From NCBI RefSeq assembly GCF_009914755.1, contig NC_060944.1: a stretch of DNA of 64,000 bases. The stretch is one strand, 5' to 3'. Origin of the DNA: the human T2T-CHM13v2.0 reference genome, Homo sapiens. Below are positions 24,100-39,272 of the stretch, piece by piece. Under the pieces are notes generated by a model. The model ran no database searches, was not told the DNA's origin, and saw only the letters and a program-made list of their open reading frames with translations. Each line of letters begins with the position of its first letter. Positions within the stretch are counted from its first letter, which is position 1. A program made the translations under genes and the position numbers.

Positions 24100-24720
24100 G
24101 CTATAAAAAGACATTAATATTTTACAAAGCCATAGTAACACACAGTGTGGAAATGCAGTAGAAACAGATCAATAACCAGCAGAAGGGAATAGAAGTCACA
24201 TAAGAGGACTAAGTGTTTGCAGGAACTTAGTCTATGATGATGATTTATGATCATAGAGTATTCTGCAGATGGTGCATGGAAAACTGACTTGCCCAGGGGG
24301 GAAAAAATTGAATCCCTACCTCACACCATATGCAACAATAAGCTAATGGATTAAAGACCTACGTATGAACAGTAAAACCAAAGCTAACAAAACTAAATAT
24401 AGGATGACATCTTTGTCCTAGAGAAGAAAAGGAGTCTGTGTATAAGACCCTCTTGTACTAGGCTAAAATTAAGGACCTCCATTCGATAACAACTCCATAG
24501 GTAGATGGCAGATGTGAAGGTAACTATAGTGTCCAAAACCAACAGGAATAAATATCTAGAATATAAAAACCTCTAACAAATCAACTAGAAAAAGCTCAGA
24601 AGCTCACAGATAAATGGGCAAAGGATATGAACAGTCAATTAACATAAGCAAACTCCAATGAGCAGTAATTTGTGAAAAGGCGCTCAGACCTCTCAGAAGG
24701 AAATGATGCTGAGACACTTT
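24100..24720 (+). mobile_element. Old L1 (L1M-type) fragment
   Basis: A-rich; ccctacctcacaccatatg, ggattaaagaccta, aaatgggcaaaggatatgaacag motifs. Confidence 0.65.
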
Positions 24721-24721
24721 A

Positions 24722-24945
24722 GACCAAAAGTTGGCAAACTCAGTCCCCGCAGGCCAAATCTGCTCCACTACCTGACCTTATGAATAAAGTTTTATTGGCA
24801 CACAGCTACGGCCATTTGTATTTGTACTTGTATTATCTGTGGCTGCTTTTGAGCCACAAGGACAAAGTTGGATACTGTGACAAGCTGTACGGCCCACAAA
24901 GCCTAAATTGTTACTAAGTGGCCCTTTACATAAAAAAATATACTG
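24722..24945 (-). mobile_element. MER58-like DNA transposon
   Basis: gttggcaaact...ataaagttttattggcacacagc...gccctttaca. Confidence 0.7.
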
Positions 24946-24950
24946 ACGCC

Positions 24951-25405
<455 letters not shown>

Positions 25406-27200
25406 CTAGGACAAGCCAGGAAAATGAATAAAAATAACCAGTATCAACCAATTGGTGATCTGATCCCTGTAACTTACAACTTAACTGGGCACCTCCCAGT
25501 GCCAGGCACACTGGGGAGGCATGCTAAGTTCATCTGCTCCTTGGATAAGGATTTGCTGTGCCCCTTTCATAGACGGGGAGACTAAGACTCAGGCCCCTAG
25601 GTCACACAGCCAGCAGCCAGCAGGCAGCAGAAGGGCCCTCATCGAGCCTCCTTCCTCTCCTCCTCCTCTCCCCACACTGTCCAGGCAGGCCTGTTAGATG
25701 AGGCAGGGCTGAGTATAAACAGTGGACAAAGGTGGAAATCAAGGCTCGGAGAGGTAAAGGCAGCTGTCGGACGCCAGTGGGTGCCTGAAACAAGGGAAAC
25801 CAGCTGCCTTAGCCACAAGACATCCCCCTCGTCCCTGAAGACAGAGGCTTTTTCTGGATGTGGTGACTCAGTGGAAAGCAGCCGGGGGCATTTCTTTCTT
25901 TCTCCTTAGTTTTATAGGACATTTCACCTGGAACTCTACCTGTTTGTGAGCCCCTTTCTCAGGCCACCCCTGTTACCTTTTTGAGAAAACAGACACACAA
26001 ATTGCCACTTTCCCCAGAGCTGGGGAGCCAGGCACCAGGGGGCCGCTGGCTTCGACTCCACTATAAACATTAAGTTAGAAGATTCCAGGAGTGGGAGGAA
26101 GAATTGCAATGTTGCATATTGGCCAAAATATTTGTGGAAAACAGCGTGGAATCCCTCAAGTCCACGAGCTCAGCCAAGCGAGCTACCAACCTCAATACCT
26201 TTCCCTCGAGGCTGCTGGTCCGGCTTTATAGGATAATCTCAGATCTGGGTTCAAATCCCTGCTCAGCCCCTTCCTGACTTCATGCCCTTTAGCCTCTCTG
26301 AGCCTCAGTTTCCTTGTCTACAAGAATAACAACAGGACCAACATGCTGGGGTGGCTGTGGGGATTAAATGGCAAGCCTCAGTTTCCCCATATGTGCCTAA
26401 AGCAAGAGGGCCGGATCCCTGGTCAGCCCTAAGGTGGGAATACCTTAGTGTCTGCAGGCTCAGTTTGGCCCCAGTTCGAGGCGCCTCAAAAGGTGCCACA
26501 GAGGCCCCTCCCAATCGCCCATCCTGCACCTCACCCTGTATTTTGCTGCAGCCACAATCCTGGAATTGGCCCTTTCCTATTTTAGCCTATTTTTGAGTTC
26601 GTGGCAGGGAACAGAGGAGCAGGGTCACGCCCTGCAATTTCTCTCCCTGAGAGCCCTTGAGGACATCAGGATTGCCTGGGAGTCACCACCCAGCAGAATG
26701 TCCACAGCCAGCAGCCTTCCCGGAATAGCAGCTGGGGAGGACCCCTAATTACCCTCACCCACAAATGAGAGGTTGTGCCCAGCTGACTGGCGGGAGGCTC
26801 GGGGCTGTCAGAGGGCCCCGAGGCAAACAGAGCAGCTTCTGGGAATGAAGGACTTTGGTGAGATGAGGTAGACACATGAAAATGCCCTCAGCTGTCCAGA
26901 CTGGCCCTTACCTGCCCACCTCAGCTGGGGAAACTGGAAGCTAAAGAGTGAGTCCTATTCCCACAGAACTCTGGGCATGCTGAGCGCACAGGAGGGGAAT
27001 GCAAGGCCTCCAATGGAAAACTGGAGAAACTGAGGCCCAGAGAGGCATATGGGCCTATTGGGAGTCAGCTGAGTCAGGGACCTGCTGGCCACAAGGCAGG
27101 GGATAGATCCAAGGGCCTCTCAGGTCTCCAGCACGTGGCTCACTCTGCCAAGGGAACCGCAAATCCAGCAGGCCGACCAGGGCTCAACAAACTATGGCCC

Positions 27201-27356
<156 letters not shown>

Positions 27357-27913
27357 AACTATGGCTCACCACCTGCTTTTCTAAATAAAGTTTTATTGGC
27401 ACACAACCATGCCCATTTGTTTACATACTCTCTATAGCTGCTTTTGTGCTACAAAGGAAGAGTTAAGAGTTAAGCAGCTGTGACGGAGTTTGCAGATCTC
27501 TGAGTTAGAACTAAAAAAGCCAATATCAGAAAGGAGAAACAGCCAAAAGGCCTTCTTGTGGCTCAGGGTTTTCTGAATCTGACCACTTCTAACCCCTTGC
27601 AACCACCAGGTCCCAGCCATATCCTCCTTCCCCTGGACTATCATGACCACCTCCTCGCTGGCATCCCTGTTTCCTTCCCCTGCACACACCACATGCACAT
27701 GTGTGCACACACATACAAGTGTGAGTGCGCGCACACACACACACACACACGGGACTGTTATCTGTCCTGGTCATCACACTCTGCTCCCAGAACCTGGCAC
27801 GGTGCCTGGAACACCAAAGACACCACACGTGATGTCAGAATGAACAAAGACAGAAAGGAGTGATGGGATCTGCCTAACAGGGAGAGAACAGGCCCTTAAA
27901 AAAAAGAGAATCT

Positions 27914-28296
<383 letters not shown>

Positions 28297-28494
28297 TCAA
28301 CTGAGCAGAAACACTGAGTTACCTGCAGGGATGAGGCAGGCAGGGCACCCTGGCAAGGGAAACTGCAAGTGCAAAGGCTCTGAGGAATGTTCTAGAAACA
28401 GGAAAATGGCACCTTGGCGGGGGTTAAAGGTTTACCTGTCCTGTTGAAAGGACAGGAGACTCAGGGATCCCCCAGGACCTTCAAGGGGAGAGGC

Positions 28495-29545
28495 TACATA
28501 GCACAGTAGTTGAGTGTGCAGCCTCTAAACCCGCACGATCTGGGTTCTAATCCCAGCTCCAGACGGCCTGAATTCTAATCCCGACTCCAGACGGCCTGAA
28601 TTCTAATCCCGGCTCCAGACGGCCTGAATTCTAATCCCGGCTCCAGACGGCCTGAATTCTAATCCCGGCTCCAGACGGCCTGAATTCTAATCCCGGCCCA
28701 GACGGCCTGAATTCTAATCCCGGCCCAGACGGCCTGAATTCTAATCCCGACTCCAGACGGCCTGAATTCTAATCCTGACTCCAGACGGCCTGAATTCTAA
28801 TCCTGACTCCAGACGGCCTGAATTCTAATCCCGCCCCAGACGGCCTGAATTCTAATCCCGACTCCAGATGGCCTGAATTCTAATCCCGACTCCAGACGGC
28901 CTGAATTCTAATCCCGACTCCAGACGGCCTGAATTCTAATCCCGGCTCCAGACGGCCTGAATTCTAATCCCACCCCAGACGGCCTGAATTCTAATCCCGG
29001 CCCCAGACGGCCTGAATTATAATCCTAACTCCAGACGGCCTGAGTTCTAATCCTGCCCCAGACGGCCTGAATTATAATCCTGGCTCCAGATGGCCTGAAT
29101 TCTAATCCCGCCCCAGACGGCCTGAATTCTAATCCCGGCTCCAGACGGCCTGAATTCTAATCCCGGCTCCAGACGGCCTGAATTCTAATCCCGACTCCAG
29201 ACGGCCTGAGTTCTAATCCTGGCTCCAGATGGCCTGAATTCTAATCCCGCCCCAGATGGCCTGAATTCTAATCCTGACTCCAGACGGCCTGAGTTCTAAT
29301 CCTGGCTCCAGATGGCCTGAATTCTAATCCCGACTCCAGACGGCCTGAGTTCTAATCCTGGCTCCAGATGGCCTGCGTTCTAATCCCGACTTCTACTTGC
29401 CATGTAACCTTGAGAAAGTTTCTTAACTATCTGAGCTTCTATACCCTCATCTATAAAATGGGGCTGATGTTAATACTCACATCAAAGGGCTGCTGTATTA
29501 AACTAATAAATATATGTGAAGTGTCTAGAAAGAGCCCAGGCACAC
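28495..29545 (+). mobile_element. MIR SINE split by an internal VNTR
   Basis: 5' part catagcacagtagttgagtgtgcagcctct; 3' part tgtaaccttgagaaagtttcttaactatctgagc...catctataaaatgggg...cccaggcaca. Confidence 0.7.
28559..29391. repeat. Minisatellite/VNTR, ~30 x 27-28 bp (ccagacggcctgaattctaatcccgrct)
   Basis: Period 28 read directly; 31 TAATCC counted in 28541-29391. Confidence 0.97.
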
Positions 29546-30131
29546 TGAACACTAACTTTTGTTGTAATTTAAACCGGTGTCCATGGAGCCACTTCGTCCT
29601 CCTTCTTGCCATCTTCCTGCCTCAGGAACATCTCAGAACTCACCCCCCAATACCTGCCTCTCTCCCAATGGAAAGAAAAGTCACTTATCTGAGGGAGGAG
29701 GCCGGGGAAAGAGGCAGACATCCCAGGAAGGGCTTCCTGCCTCTCACATTCACAACCCACCTGCCCACTGTCCCACAGGGCACAGCTCCTCCTTCCTCAC
29801 GGAGGCCTTCGGGCCAGGCCTGCCTCATCTGGCCTTGCTGCCTACCCTGGAAGGCCACATCCCCCCCAGGAAGAAGGGCACAGGAAACCCATGGGTTGGA
29901 CTTCAAATCTAGCCCATGTCCTTCCAGCCATTTTGGTCCCCAGTGGACACCAGAAGCCATTTCTCGATCGGTTCAGAACGGGAAGGGGAGGGAGGTGGGA
30001 TTCGTGAGCCTCCCCAAACCCCCGGGGGTCTAGAGAGCCACAGACCTGGCTTCAGTCCTCCCATACTCCCCCAAACCATCAGCTCCAGGGAGCAAGGTCC
30101 CGGGGGCTGGGCTGCAGGTGGGGGTGGTTAC

Positions 30132-30204
30132 CGTGGTGCATGAAGCCATTGTTGCACAGACCCACGCCGAGCGCCACTGCCTCCTCCCGAGTCTGGCAGT
30201 CTCC
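30132..30204 (-). CDS. PREX1: PREX1 exon 15 (73 nt), DEP2
   Basis: cag|GGAGAC...CACG|gtaacc; [24 protein letters not shown]. Confidence 0.95.
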
Positions 30205-30341
30205 CTGGAATGGAACAAGAAGGGGAGGGTGTTAGGTGGCAGCATCCGAGAGGCCATGCATGGCCAACGAGAAGCCCACAACCACCCAAGAAGGTAGGCT
30301 CCACGAGGGCCAGGGGTTGTCTGTTTTGTTTACTGCAGTAA

Positions 30342-30673
<332 letters not shown>

Positions 30674-30769
30674 CCATTTGTGATTATTATTAATAAACTC
30701 CAAACAAGACTATTTTATTGTACTGTGATCAATACCGCAAAGAAAAAATGGAGATTTTAAGCGGCAGAC

Positions 30770-31200
30770 AATGTTGGTTGCCTAGCAACACCTTTCCCAT
30801 TCCTCCCTGGTCAAGAAGCCCTCATCCATCTCCAGCCTCCCTTGCAGCTACAGGTGGCCAATGAGCTATAAGCAGAAATCACTGGTGGGATGCTCTGGCA
30901 AAAACCCCTTGTCCCTGGCCCTTTCTTTCTCTTCCTCCCGCCTGGAACAAAGATGTGGTGGCTGGAACTCTTGCAGTCACTTTAGACTACAAGGTGCCCT
31001 CATGGCTGGAAACACACTAAGGAAGGCAGAGCAGAAAGACACAGAGAGTGTGGTCCCCAAAGATATCAGGAGACACTCCAGCAGCTCTGAACCACCCACC
31101 TCTGGACTTCTCTCATGCTACAGAAACACAAACCCTAATTTGGCTCAGCTTCCATAATTGTGTCTCTAATACTAGAAATCAAGTTCAATTGCTAACTGAC
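30770..31200 (+). mobile_element. MLT1-type LTR remnant
   Basis: ctcccttgcagcta..ggtggcca..tgag, ggctggaact..gcagtcac motifs. Confidence 0.5.
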
Positions 31201-34200
31201 CAAGCACCAGCTAATAAGACGACTGGGGAAGCCTACCAGGGGCTTCTGAAAAACACCTTCCCCCCCAGGTAAAAGGGAAAAGCAGCACCACTCCTCCCTG
31301 CCTGGGATAAAGTCATGTGAGGAAGTGATGCTCAGGATGGTGGGGTGAAGAATGGAAGATTCTTCTGTCTGCTACTGAGCCCACAAACCAGCCCTGGAAC
31401 CACCTAGCTCCATGCTTCTTGATAGGTGGCATCTCTGTAAGCCACTGTTCAGTTGGGCTTGTTATCCTGGCAAATGAAAATATTCCAAACTGATACAATT
31501 TGAACCAAGGCAATCTGACTCATCTCAGGACTTCCCGAAGGAAGTGACATCCAACCCGAAACGTGAAGAATGAACAGGCACGGCCCGTGTGCTGGACCCT
31601 GCGGGTTTGGCCTTTGGGGCCAACTCTCCGAGGTGGGATGTCATCTTGGTGGGGCAGTTGATCAAGGTTTGCAGCCCTCCTAGGCCAGGCTGAGGCCAAA
31701 GGGATGCTCCCTGCCCCAAGAACATGACACTTGAGTGGAGGACCCCAAGGACAAGGAAAAGCAGCGCTGATTGTCCCTCACAGCGGTGTGCTGGACAGAG
31801 CCTCCACCTGCTAGCTTCTCAGCATTTCCCGGTGCCAGTTCTTCCTAAGGCCTCCTAGGCCTGCCCTGGCTTTCTGAGTGCCCCACCTCCCTTCAGTGAG
31901 TCATCCTTTGTTATCCCCCCTTCAATTAGCCAGGGCCTGTTTCTGTTGCTTGCAACCCAAATACACTCAATACGTCCCGGCCAAGTGTGTGACACGTGTG
32001 TGTGTGTGTGCGTGCATGCGCATGTGCAGGTGGGAGGGACTGTCAAGCAGAGGAAACAGCAGGGGCAAAGGTCTGGAGATGGGCAGAAGCTTGGAGCGCA
32101 GAGGAACCAGAAGGCAGCACGGCCGACCAGGGGAGGACAAGCTGAGTCAGGCCCGTGGGGGCCAGGAGCCGGCACTGCTGTGTCCCCGCTCAATCCTAAG
32201 TGCTGGGAACGGGGCTGACCTAGAGTCCCTGCTCAATAGCTGTCTGCTGATTTAATAAAGGAGTGGTCAGCAGGGGCCAGATTGTGTAGGAGCTTGCAGC
32301 CAGGTCAATGAGCTTGAACTCCAAAGAGAAAGCCACAGGCACCACCTAGTCTCACTGAAACGCCTCCCAGAATGAGGAGCCCTGAGAGGCCCCGCCTGTA
32401 CCCTCCCGTCCACAGCCAGAGGGGATTTTCCAACCAGAGGAGACAGGGGTGCTATTCAGAGGCAGCAGGACTCAGCCCTGGGCAGAAGGCCTGGGGCAGA
32501 GCCTCTGGCCTTGGCATTTCACCACACTGCCTGCCCTGGCTGACTCCATAAAGACACATTTCTCCCACAGGACCCCAAGCCAGTAGCTGGAGGGCCTGCG
32601 GGTTGGGAACCCTGCCAGGGGTGGTGGCTATGAGAGGCCATATCCAGAGCAGCCTCCCCCACGCCGTGAGGGGCCGGCAGTGGGGAGGCCAGCAGGGCCC
32701 AATGGCGGCAGGCCCTAGCTCTGCAGATGGGAGGCCCGGCAGGCAGCTGGAGCCACCTGGCCTTCTGAGGCGCTCACAGTCCCAGCCTCCCCACAGGGTC
32801 TTGGAGCTCCTAAAGCTAGGCCAGCAGGGACTCTCAGGTCAACAGTGATACAGAAGGCCCAGATGTGCCACCTGAACAGGAAGCCCTGCCACCTCCCTGC
32901 AGCCCTCTGGGAAGGATGCAATTTCTCCTCTCCCAGAGGAAGCCGCCGCACACGAGACCCCTGCAACCTCCCCCGCCATGCTTCCCTGCCTTGACTCCCC
33001 CACCCGCCTGCCCACCCCCAGGTGCCCTCTGCACACCTCAAGGCCTTTGCACTCGTCCTTTCCTGCACACCTGGAATGCCCTGCCCCGGCTTTGCAGGTC
33101 TCAGGGCCGTACCACCTCCTCAGAGAGTCCCATCCTTAACTACCTGAAAGTAGCCCCCCAAACATTCCTCCACCCATCCTCTCAATAAACGCTCACCAGT
33201 CACACACACTCAGTACCCTGCAAGGCATCTGTGCCACCCTGTCCCAGTCTGAAATTAACTCACCCATGTATACATTTTGCTTAAGGTCTGTTGCCCACCG
33301 GGTATAAGCTCCATGCGGGCAGGGACACTGCCTGCCATGTTCACCTCATCATCCCACATCAAAATTCAAAGTCTCCTACTTGGTGGGGCACAAAAAGTGG
33401 AAGGAAGGGAAGAAAAGGGATGTGATGGGAGAGGGGAGGAGGGACAGAAAGAAGGGAGAAGAGAGGACCTAGTTTGAAAACTGATTCTGAACTCACCTCC
33501 CTGTCTCGGTCTCTGTCTATAGTGGTGGGGAGAGTGTCTCCATCCCACCAAGTTCTCGTGAGGATTGAATGAGACACTCTGTGCAAGACCCTTGGCCCAA
33601 AGCCTGGCACACAGGCAGCATTTGATAAATGTCAGCTGTTCCTGATTAGTTATTTTTTCACTGGAGAGAACCACTGAGGAATGAAGATGGAGAAGGCAAA
33701 GTGGGGTGGAGAGACGGAGTAATGGGGGAAAGAGGTGTCAGTTACACAGGACCCCAGACAGCCTCTTTACCCATGAATTCCGAGACCCCATAAAGATGCC
33801 CAAGGATGCCTCTCACCGACCCACCATGTACAAGGAGCTGCAGGATTTCACTCAGACTGTATGGTTGACCTGGAGACAATCACTCTTATTAACCCCACTC
33901 GACAGAGGAGGAAACAGAGGCATAGACAGACTTGGCAGTTGCTCAAGCTTACACAGTAACAATGGAGACTGCTCAGAGCTGGACACCCCCCGCCACCATG
34001 CCATGGAGAGGGGAAGTGAGGCTGAGAGGGGAGGTTAGTTGCCTAGGGTTGCAGCCAAGTTTCCTGTTCCCATTTCTCCTGCGTCTCTTCTCCCAGTAGT
34101 ACCTCAAGCTGCCAGCCTGACCCCCGCCTCTCCTACCCCAACCCCTCTCTGCCCCTGCCCCTGCCCCTGCCCCTGCTGAGAACCCTGCTACCATCAGTAC

Positions 34201-37200
34201 CTGCCATCTGCCTGGTAGTGGGAGCCCACGTGGAGGGCATTCCAGGTGCATTTCTGCAGAGCCAGCATGGGAGCATGCAGATCTGTGCCCGCCCCACACC
34301 TGGCTCCTTGGCCTGGCCTCTGCTCTCTCCTGCTCAGCCTGCTGACCCCCTGCCCTGCATGTGACGGTCGCAGCCTGGGGCATCCTGGAGCCCAAGTGAC
34401 ACAGACCCAGAAATCACCCAGTGGAGAGGTGAAGAGAGCAAACTCCAGAGCTGGCTTCCCCCGATTCAAAGCCCCGCTCTGCCCTGGCCACGTCCTTGGG
34501 CAATCCCTTAGCCTCTCTGAGTATCCTTTCCTCATCCATATTTTTATTTCATTCTCAGATTTGCCCTTGATTCTCCTAGGCCTCTGACACCCCTGAGAGG
34601 TGGTCTCTGCTCAGACTCAATCAGCGATCATTAATACCAAGCGTTATGATTGTTATTGACTATGAAGGCATCAGGACAACCCCTGCCACACACAAACACA
34701 CAGAGGATCCTGGTGGCTGTGTGCCCTGCGGCAAGTTACATAACCCAAGCCTCAGTTTCTTCATCAGTAAAATGGGAACAACTGCATTTGTCTCAAGTTG
34801 TTCTGAGGATTAAATAAGATAATGCACCAAGCCGTTCCGGAGCTGACAGAGAGTGCAAGTTGTCTCTCCAACGGCCAATGCCCACCTCATCCTCAGAGTT
34901 TAAAGAACTCTGATTGTCTGAATAGTGCCTAGCAAGCCACCTCCCGAAGTCAGAAGAAATGAATCCCGAGGAATTCTAAGCCACTATCAGCAATCTCGGT
35001 TCTCTTCCCCAGGGGCTGGTTTAGGGGTGTATGTCAGACCCATCCAGCCAATGAGACCTAAGGAAAAGACCATGCAGGGGAAGGGAGGATTGTAGGAAGT
35101 TTCCTCCCCTAATACACAGAAAGAAAAAATGTTCTCCAACAGGACAGCCTTTGGCCATAGTTCTGTGCAGATGTGATGTCTGGAGCCATGGCTGCCACAC
35201 TGTGACTATGAGGCAACTCATAAGAAGATACCAGGATAGCAGAACAGAAAGGCAGGAGATGCCTGGGTACAGACGGCATTGTTGAGCTCTAGGACCACAA
35301 ACTCCAGACAATAAATTATGTGAGAGAAGAATATCGTATTAATAAGTCAGGTTTCCTGTTATGTGCAGCCAAACACATGTGTAACTGATCCAGCAGGGAT
35401 TTAATCAACATTTTATTTTAAGGGGTAAAATAACCTAGAGTTAGAAATGAAGACGTGTCCAAAAAATACCCTCCTGCCCTACACAATTATGTGTTCTTCC
35501 CACTTTCCTGCTAAGATGCAAGGTGGGGGTGACTCCTGAAATCAAGACAGGCTGTAACCACACTCCGAGGTCACATCCTTGTCACAGATCTCTCCCGCAC
35601 AGAAAGACCCACACGGGCACACCCTCCTCCCCTTTCCCTGACCCAAGCCGAAGGCCAGTTGCCTTTCCAACCATCTCCTGGAAGTCATCCTCCTGCGTCA
35701 GCTCCAGTTACCCACCCTGTGTCCCCACACCAGGCCAAGCCACAGATAGGCTGCTGAAGTGGATGGACACATTGCATGGTCGGCTACAGCCTTTGCTCGA
35801 CATCCTCCCCATCTCCACTTGCAACAAGGTGCGGGTGCCTGGGGTTGGGGGGCTCAGGACAGAGTGACAGTGACGCAAGCTACTCCAAGGGGCCTCTGGC
35901 CGAGCCCACAACTCCTCGGCCAGCACTGGCCACGAGAAAGCCCCCCGCATGCCCAGCACCAGCCACCAACACTGGAAGTGGCTTTTACTGGTTCCTCCTC
36001 CTCCAGTCTCTAAATGCTGGAGTGTTCCAGGGTGAAGGCCTGAGCCTCCCGCACACCTGCCTCTTTCATAGCATCCCAGCTCAGTCAATGGCAGCTCAAG
36101 CCAAAGGCTTTGGAGTCATTCTCTGCTCCTTTCTGTCTCTCACCTGCAACGCCCTACTCACCCATGAGCAACCTATTAGGTCCACCTTCAAAACATCCAG
36201 AATCTGACCATTTCTCCTGCCACCCCCACCACCCTGTTCTCAGCCAGCATCCTCCCCTGCTGGAATTCTAGCGTTGCCTCCTACTGCCCTCCCTGCTGCC
36301 AGCATCATCCCTAAAGTCTCCACACAGAGCCAGGGGACCTGTCTGAACTGAAGCCACACACACTGCTCCTGTACTCCGAGCCGGGCAGGGGTCTGGGCCC
36401 TTCCAGGAGTGGACACAGCCTGGCATGGTGCGCCCACGCGGCTTCCTCGCCACTCCTCTCCCCTCTCACTCCATTCAGCCACCCTGGCCCCCTCTCTGCT
36501 CCCCAGACATACCTGGCTCGCTCTGCCTAAGAGCCTCTGAGCTGCTGCTCCCCAGATGTGGCCTGGGCTCACTCCCCACTTCCCTCAGCCCTCTGCTCAA
36601 ATGTCCCTCCTCAGTATGGCCGTCCCTGACCCCCTGTGTAAACTGCACCACCCCGCCCATGTGAGGGGGAGATCCCCTGCCCCCGCTCCCACACCGTTCC
36701 CTCCACCACATTGCACCTAGCACCAGCGGGCATGTGATGTATTCCTCTTATTCTTATTTATTAAGTGTCTCTCCTATCCTCACCAGAACGTAATATCTGG
36801 GAGAACAGGAGCTTTTGTCTGTCTTGTTCCCTGCTGTGTCTCTAGAACCAAAAACAGCCCCTGATACACGGCAGGTGCTCAAAAATAATTAAAAAAAAAA
36901 AAGTTAGCTAATGAGCTCGCTTGTCTAACTTCCCTACACTCTCTTCTAACCTGTGTCAAATGTTACCCAAAAGCTGACAAGGAGCGGACTCTGCAGTGGG
37001 GGCTGCCTGAGGTCTGGGTGTGTGTGTAAAGCCCACCCTCTCCCCCGCCCATCCGCTGGAAAGCCCCATGGCATCTTGCGTGCCCAAGGAGAAAGTCATT
37101 TTCCCCATACATTCTTGCCCATCTTCCCATCTCCACAAATGGTATTTCCATCGGCCTAATGCACCCAAATCTCAGGGCTCATCCTTGATTCCCAGCCATT

Positions 37201-38922
37201 CCCACAGCAGTGCAACCCGTCTCTTCTATCTCCAAATACCTCTCAGACCCGACGTCCTGTTGTCTCTGTGAGCCAACCCACCCTGAGTTAGGCATGGGAT
37301 TCACCCTGGGAGCAATGCCTCCCCTATGCTTTGACACCAACAGGCAGCTCTGAGCACTGAAGGAGCTTGGGAAATATGAGGCCCCAGAAACGTCCACAGC
37401 AGTAAGAAGTGGGCAGCTCTGAGAGCCTTGAAACCCAGGCTCCTCTGGGCTCTGACTGAAGCACCTAAACCACAAAAGAAACTCCCACATGGCACCCCTG
37501 TCACCTATTTGTAGCAAATTCAGAAGGCGGGACTCTGTGCAGATTGCTAACCCCCCCACCTGTTTGTTTCCTGGTCTTACTGGTCTCGTGGTCCCCAAAC
37601 CCTTGCACAATTTCTTTAGTCTTCTATATTGCATGTAATCTTGGGCCACCTTGAATCTTTTGTGAAAGAGATGAGGAATCATAGTAATAGTTAACGTTTA
37701 TTGAGCAATTACTGTATGTCAGGCACCATTCTAAGCACTTTACACAATTATCTCATCAAAACCTCAAAACAATCTAAAGGAGAAGGTATTGGTTTTAGCT
37801 TCATTCTACAACTGAGGCCCGGACAGGCTGAGCAACTTGTCCAAGGTCACTAACCTAGGAAGTAGCAAGGCTGGGACTTGAACCCACGTCTGTCTGGCTA
37901 TAAAAGCATGAGTTCTGGGCTGACTGCATGTGATTCTCATGAGGGCTGGGGAGTGTGGTACAATGGTTAGCAGCTCTGCCCTTCACAGACATGCAAATTG
38001 GAATTCAAATCCAGATATTTCAAGACCTCCCAGGACATAGGGTCCCATATCATAGCAAACATATTAAAATGCACCCATATTTCACATTTGATATCTCTTT
38101 GGGCTAGATAACTTATTTTCAAGGATGTTTCTCAACTTTCTTTTGAAGTTATTTGGTGCTGAAAAACATTCACTTTAAAAATTGGCTGTGATTTATCAGC
38201 ACGTATCAGGAATTTGTGCAACATGAGAAAATCCAGGCAGCAAATTGTTTTCAAATGAAGTTTTTATGAATGTTTAACAATTAATGAGGCCAACATAAAG
38301 CTGCACTCTGTAGATGTTTAAACATTTATCCATTTTTATTTCACAGGTTTCTTCTCATCTTTGGGAGCCAATGTGTTCTTTTTACAAACCATGAATAGAT
38401 ATTCTTGAGGACTCGCTGAAAAATTCACAGAACCGAGGCACAGTGGGTGAGTCCCAGCTTTGCTACTATGAAGCTGTGCACCCTTGGACCAGGCACTCAG
38501 CCTCTCTGGGCCCACTTCCCCATCTGCAAGTAGGTTAGAGGACTCAAAAGGATAACACACAATGCCTGCTGGGGCCTTATCCAGAGTAAGCATCCATAAT
38601 CCTGAGCAATAAAGGAGAAGAGACAGGCAACAGGCCTGTATGTGGCACCTGAATGGAGCAAACACCTTCGGGATATTGCACCAAAACTGATGCATAGATT
38701 TTCTAAGCTTCTGGTCAACCCCTACCCACTGGGAACTTTTTTGAAAGTAGTAACTTGGCCAACTCCAAACAGAGGCTGCAGTTTGGTACCAGAATAAAAC
38801 CATCTTGTCCTAGTTTGCCCAAGACCATCCCAGTTTTAAAACTGAAAGAAAGCCCTAGTGTGGAAGCAACCCCTGGGTCTACTGAGGAATGAATGGATAA
38901 ACAAAATGTGGTACAGACATAC

Positions 38923-39272
38923 TGCTACGGTTTGAATGCTTTTGTCCCTTCCAAAATTCTTGTTGAAATGTGATCCCCAATGCAACAGTATTGAGAGGTA
39001 TGGCCATCAGGAGGGGACTGAGTCAGGAGGGCATTAGGCATCCCTTAGAAATGGGTGTGACGCAGGGAGTCTGCCCCTCCCATCCCTTTCCCCATGGGAG
39101 GACACAGCAGCAAGGCAGCATCTTGGAAACAGACGGCAGCCTTCGACAGACACCGAACCTGCCGGCACCTTGGTCTGGAACTCCCAACCTCCGGAACTGT
39201 GAGAAGTTTCTGTTCTTTATAAATTACCCAGTCTCAGGTATTTTGTTATAGCAGCACAAATAGACTAACACA
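38923..39272 (+). mobile_element. MST/MLT1A-type MaLR solo LTR
   Basis: tgctacggtttgaatg...tttataaattacccagtctcaggtattttgttatagcagca..gactaacaca. Confidence 0.75.

Noticed and set aside
28559-29391. 28-bp repeat array superficially CRISPR-like
   Set aside because: The units are head-to-tail with no unique spacers, there are no cas genes, and the context is a mammalian intron; it is a minisatellite.
29368-30033. 221-aa + strand ORF after the VNTR
   Set aside because: It starts in VNTR/MIR sequence and shows no homology or coding features that I can recognise.
37960-38340. AT-rich island with an octamer ATGCAAAT at 37991
   Set aside because: A single motif is expected by chance; probably a decayed transposon that I cannot assign.
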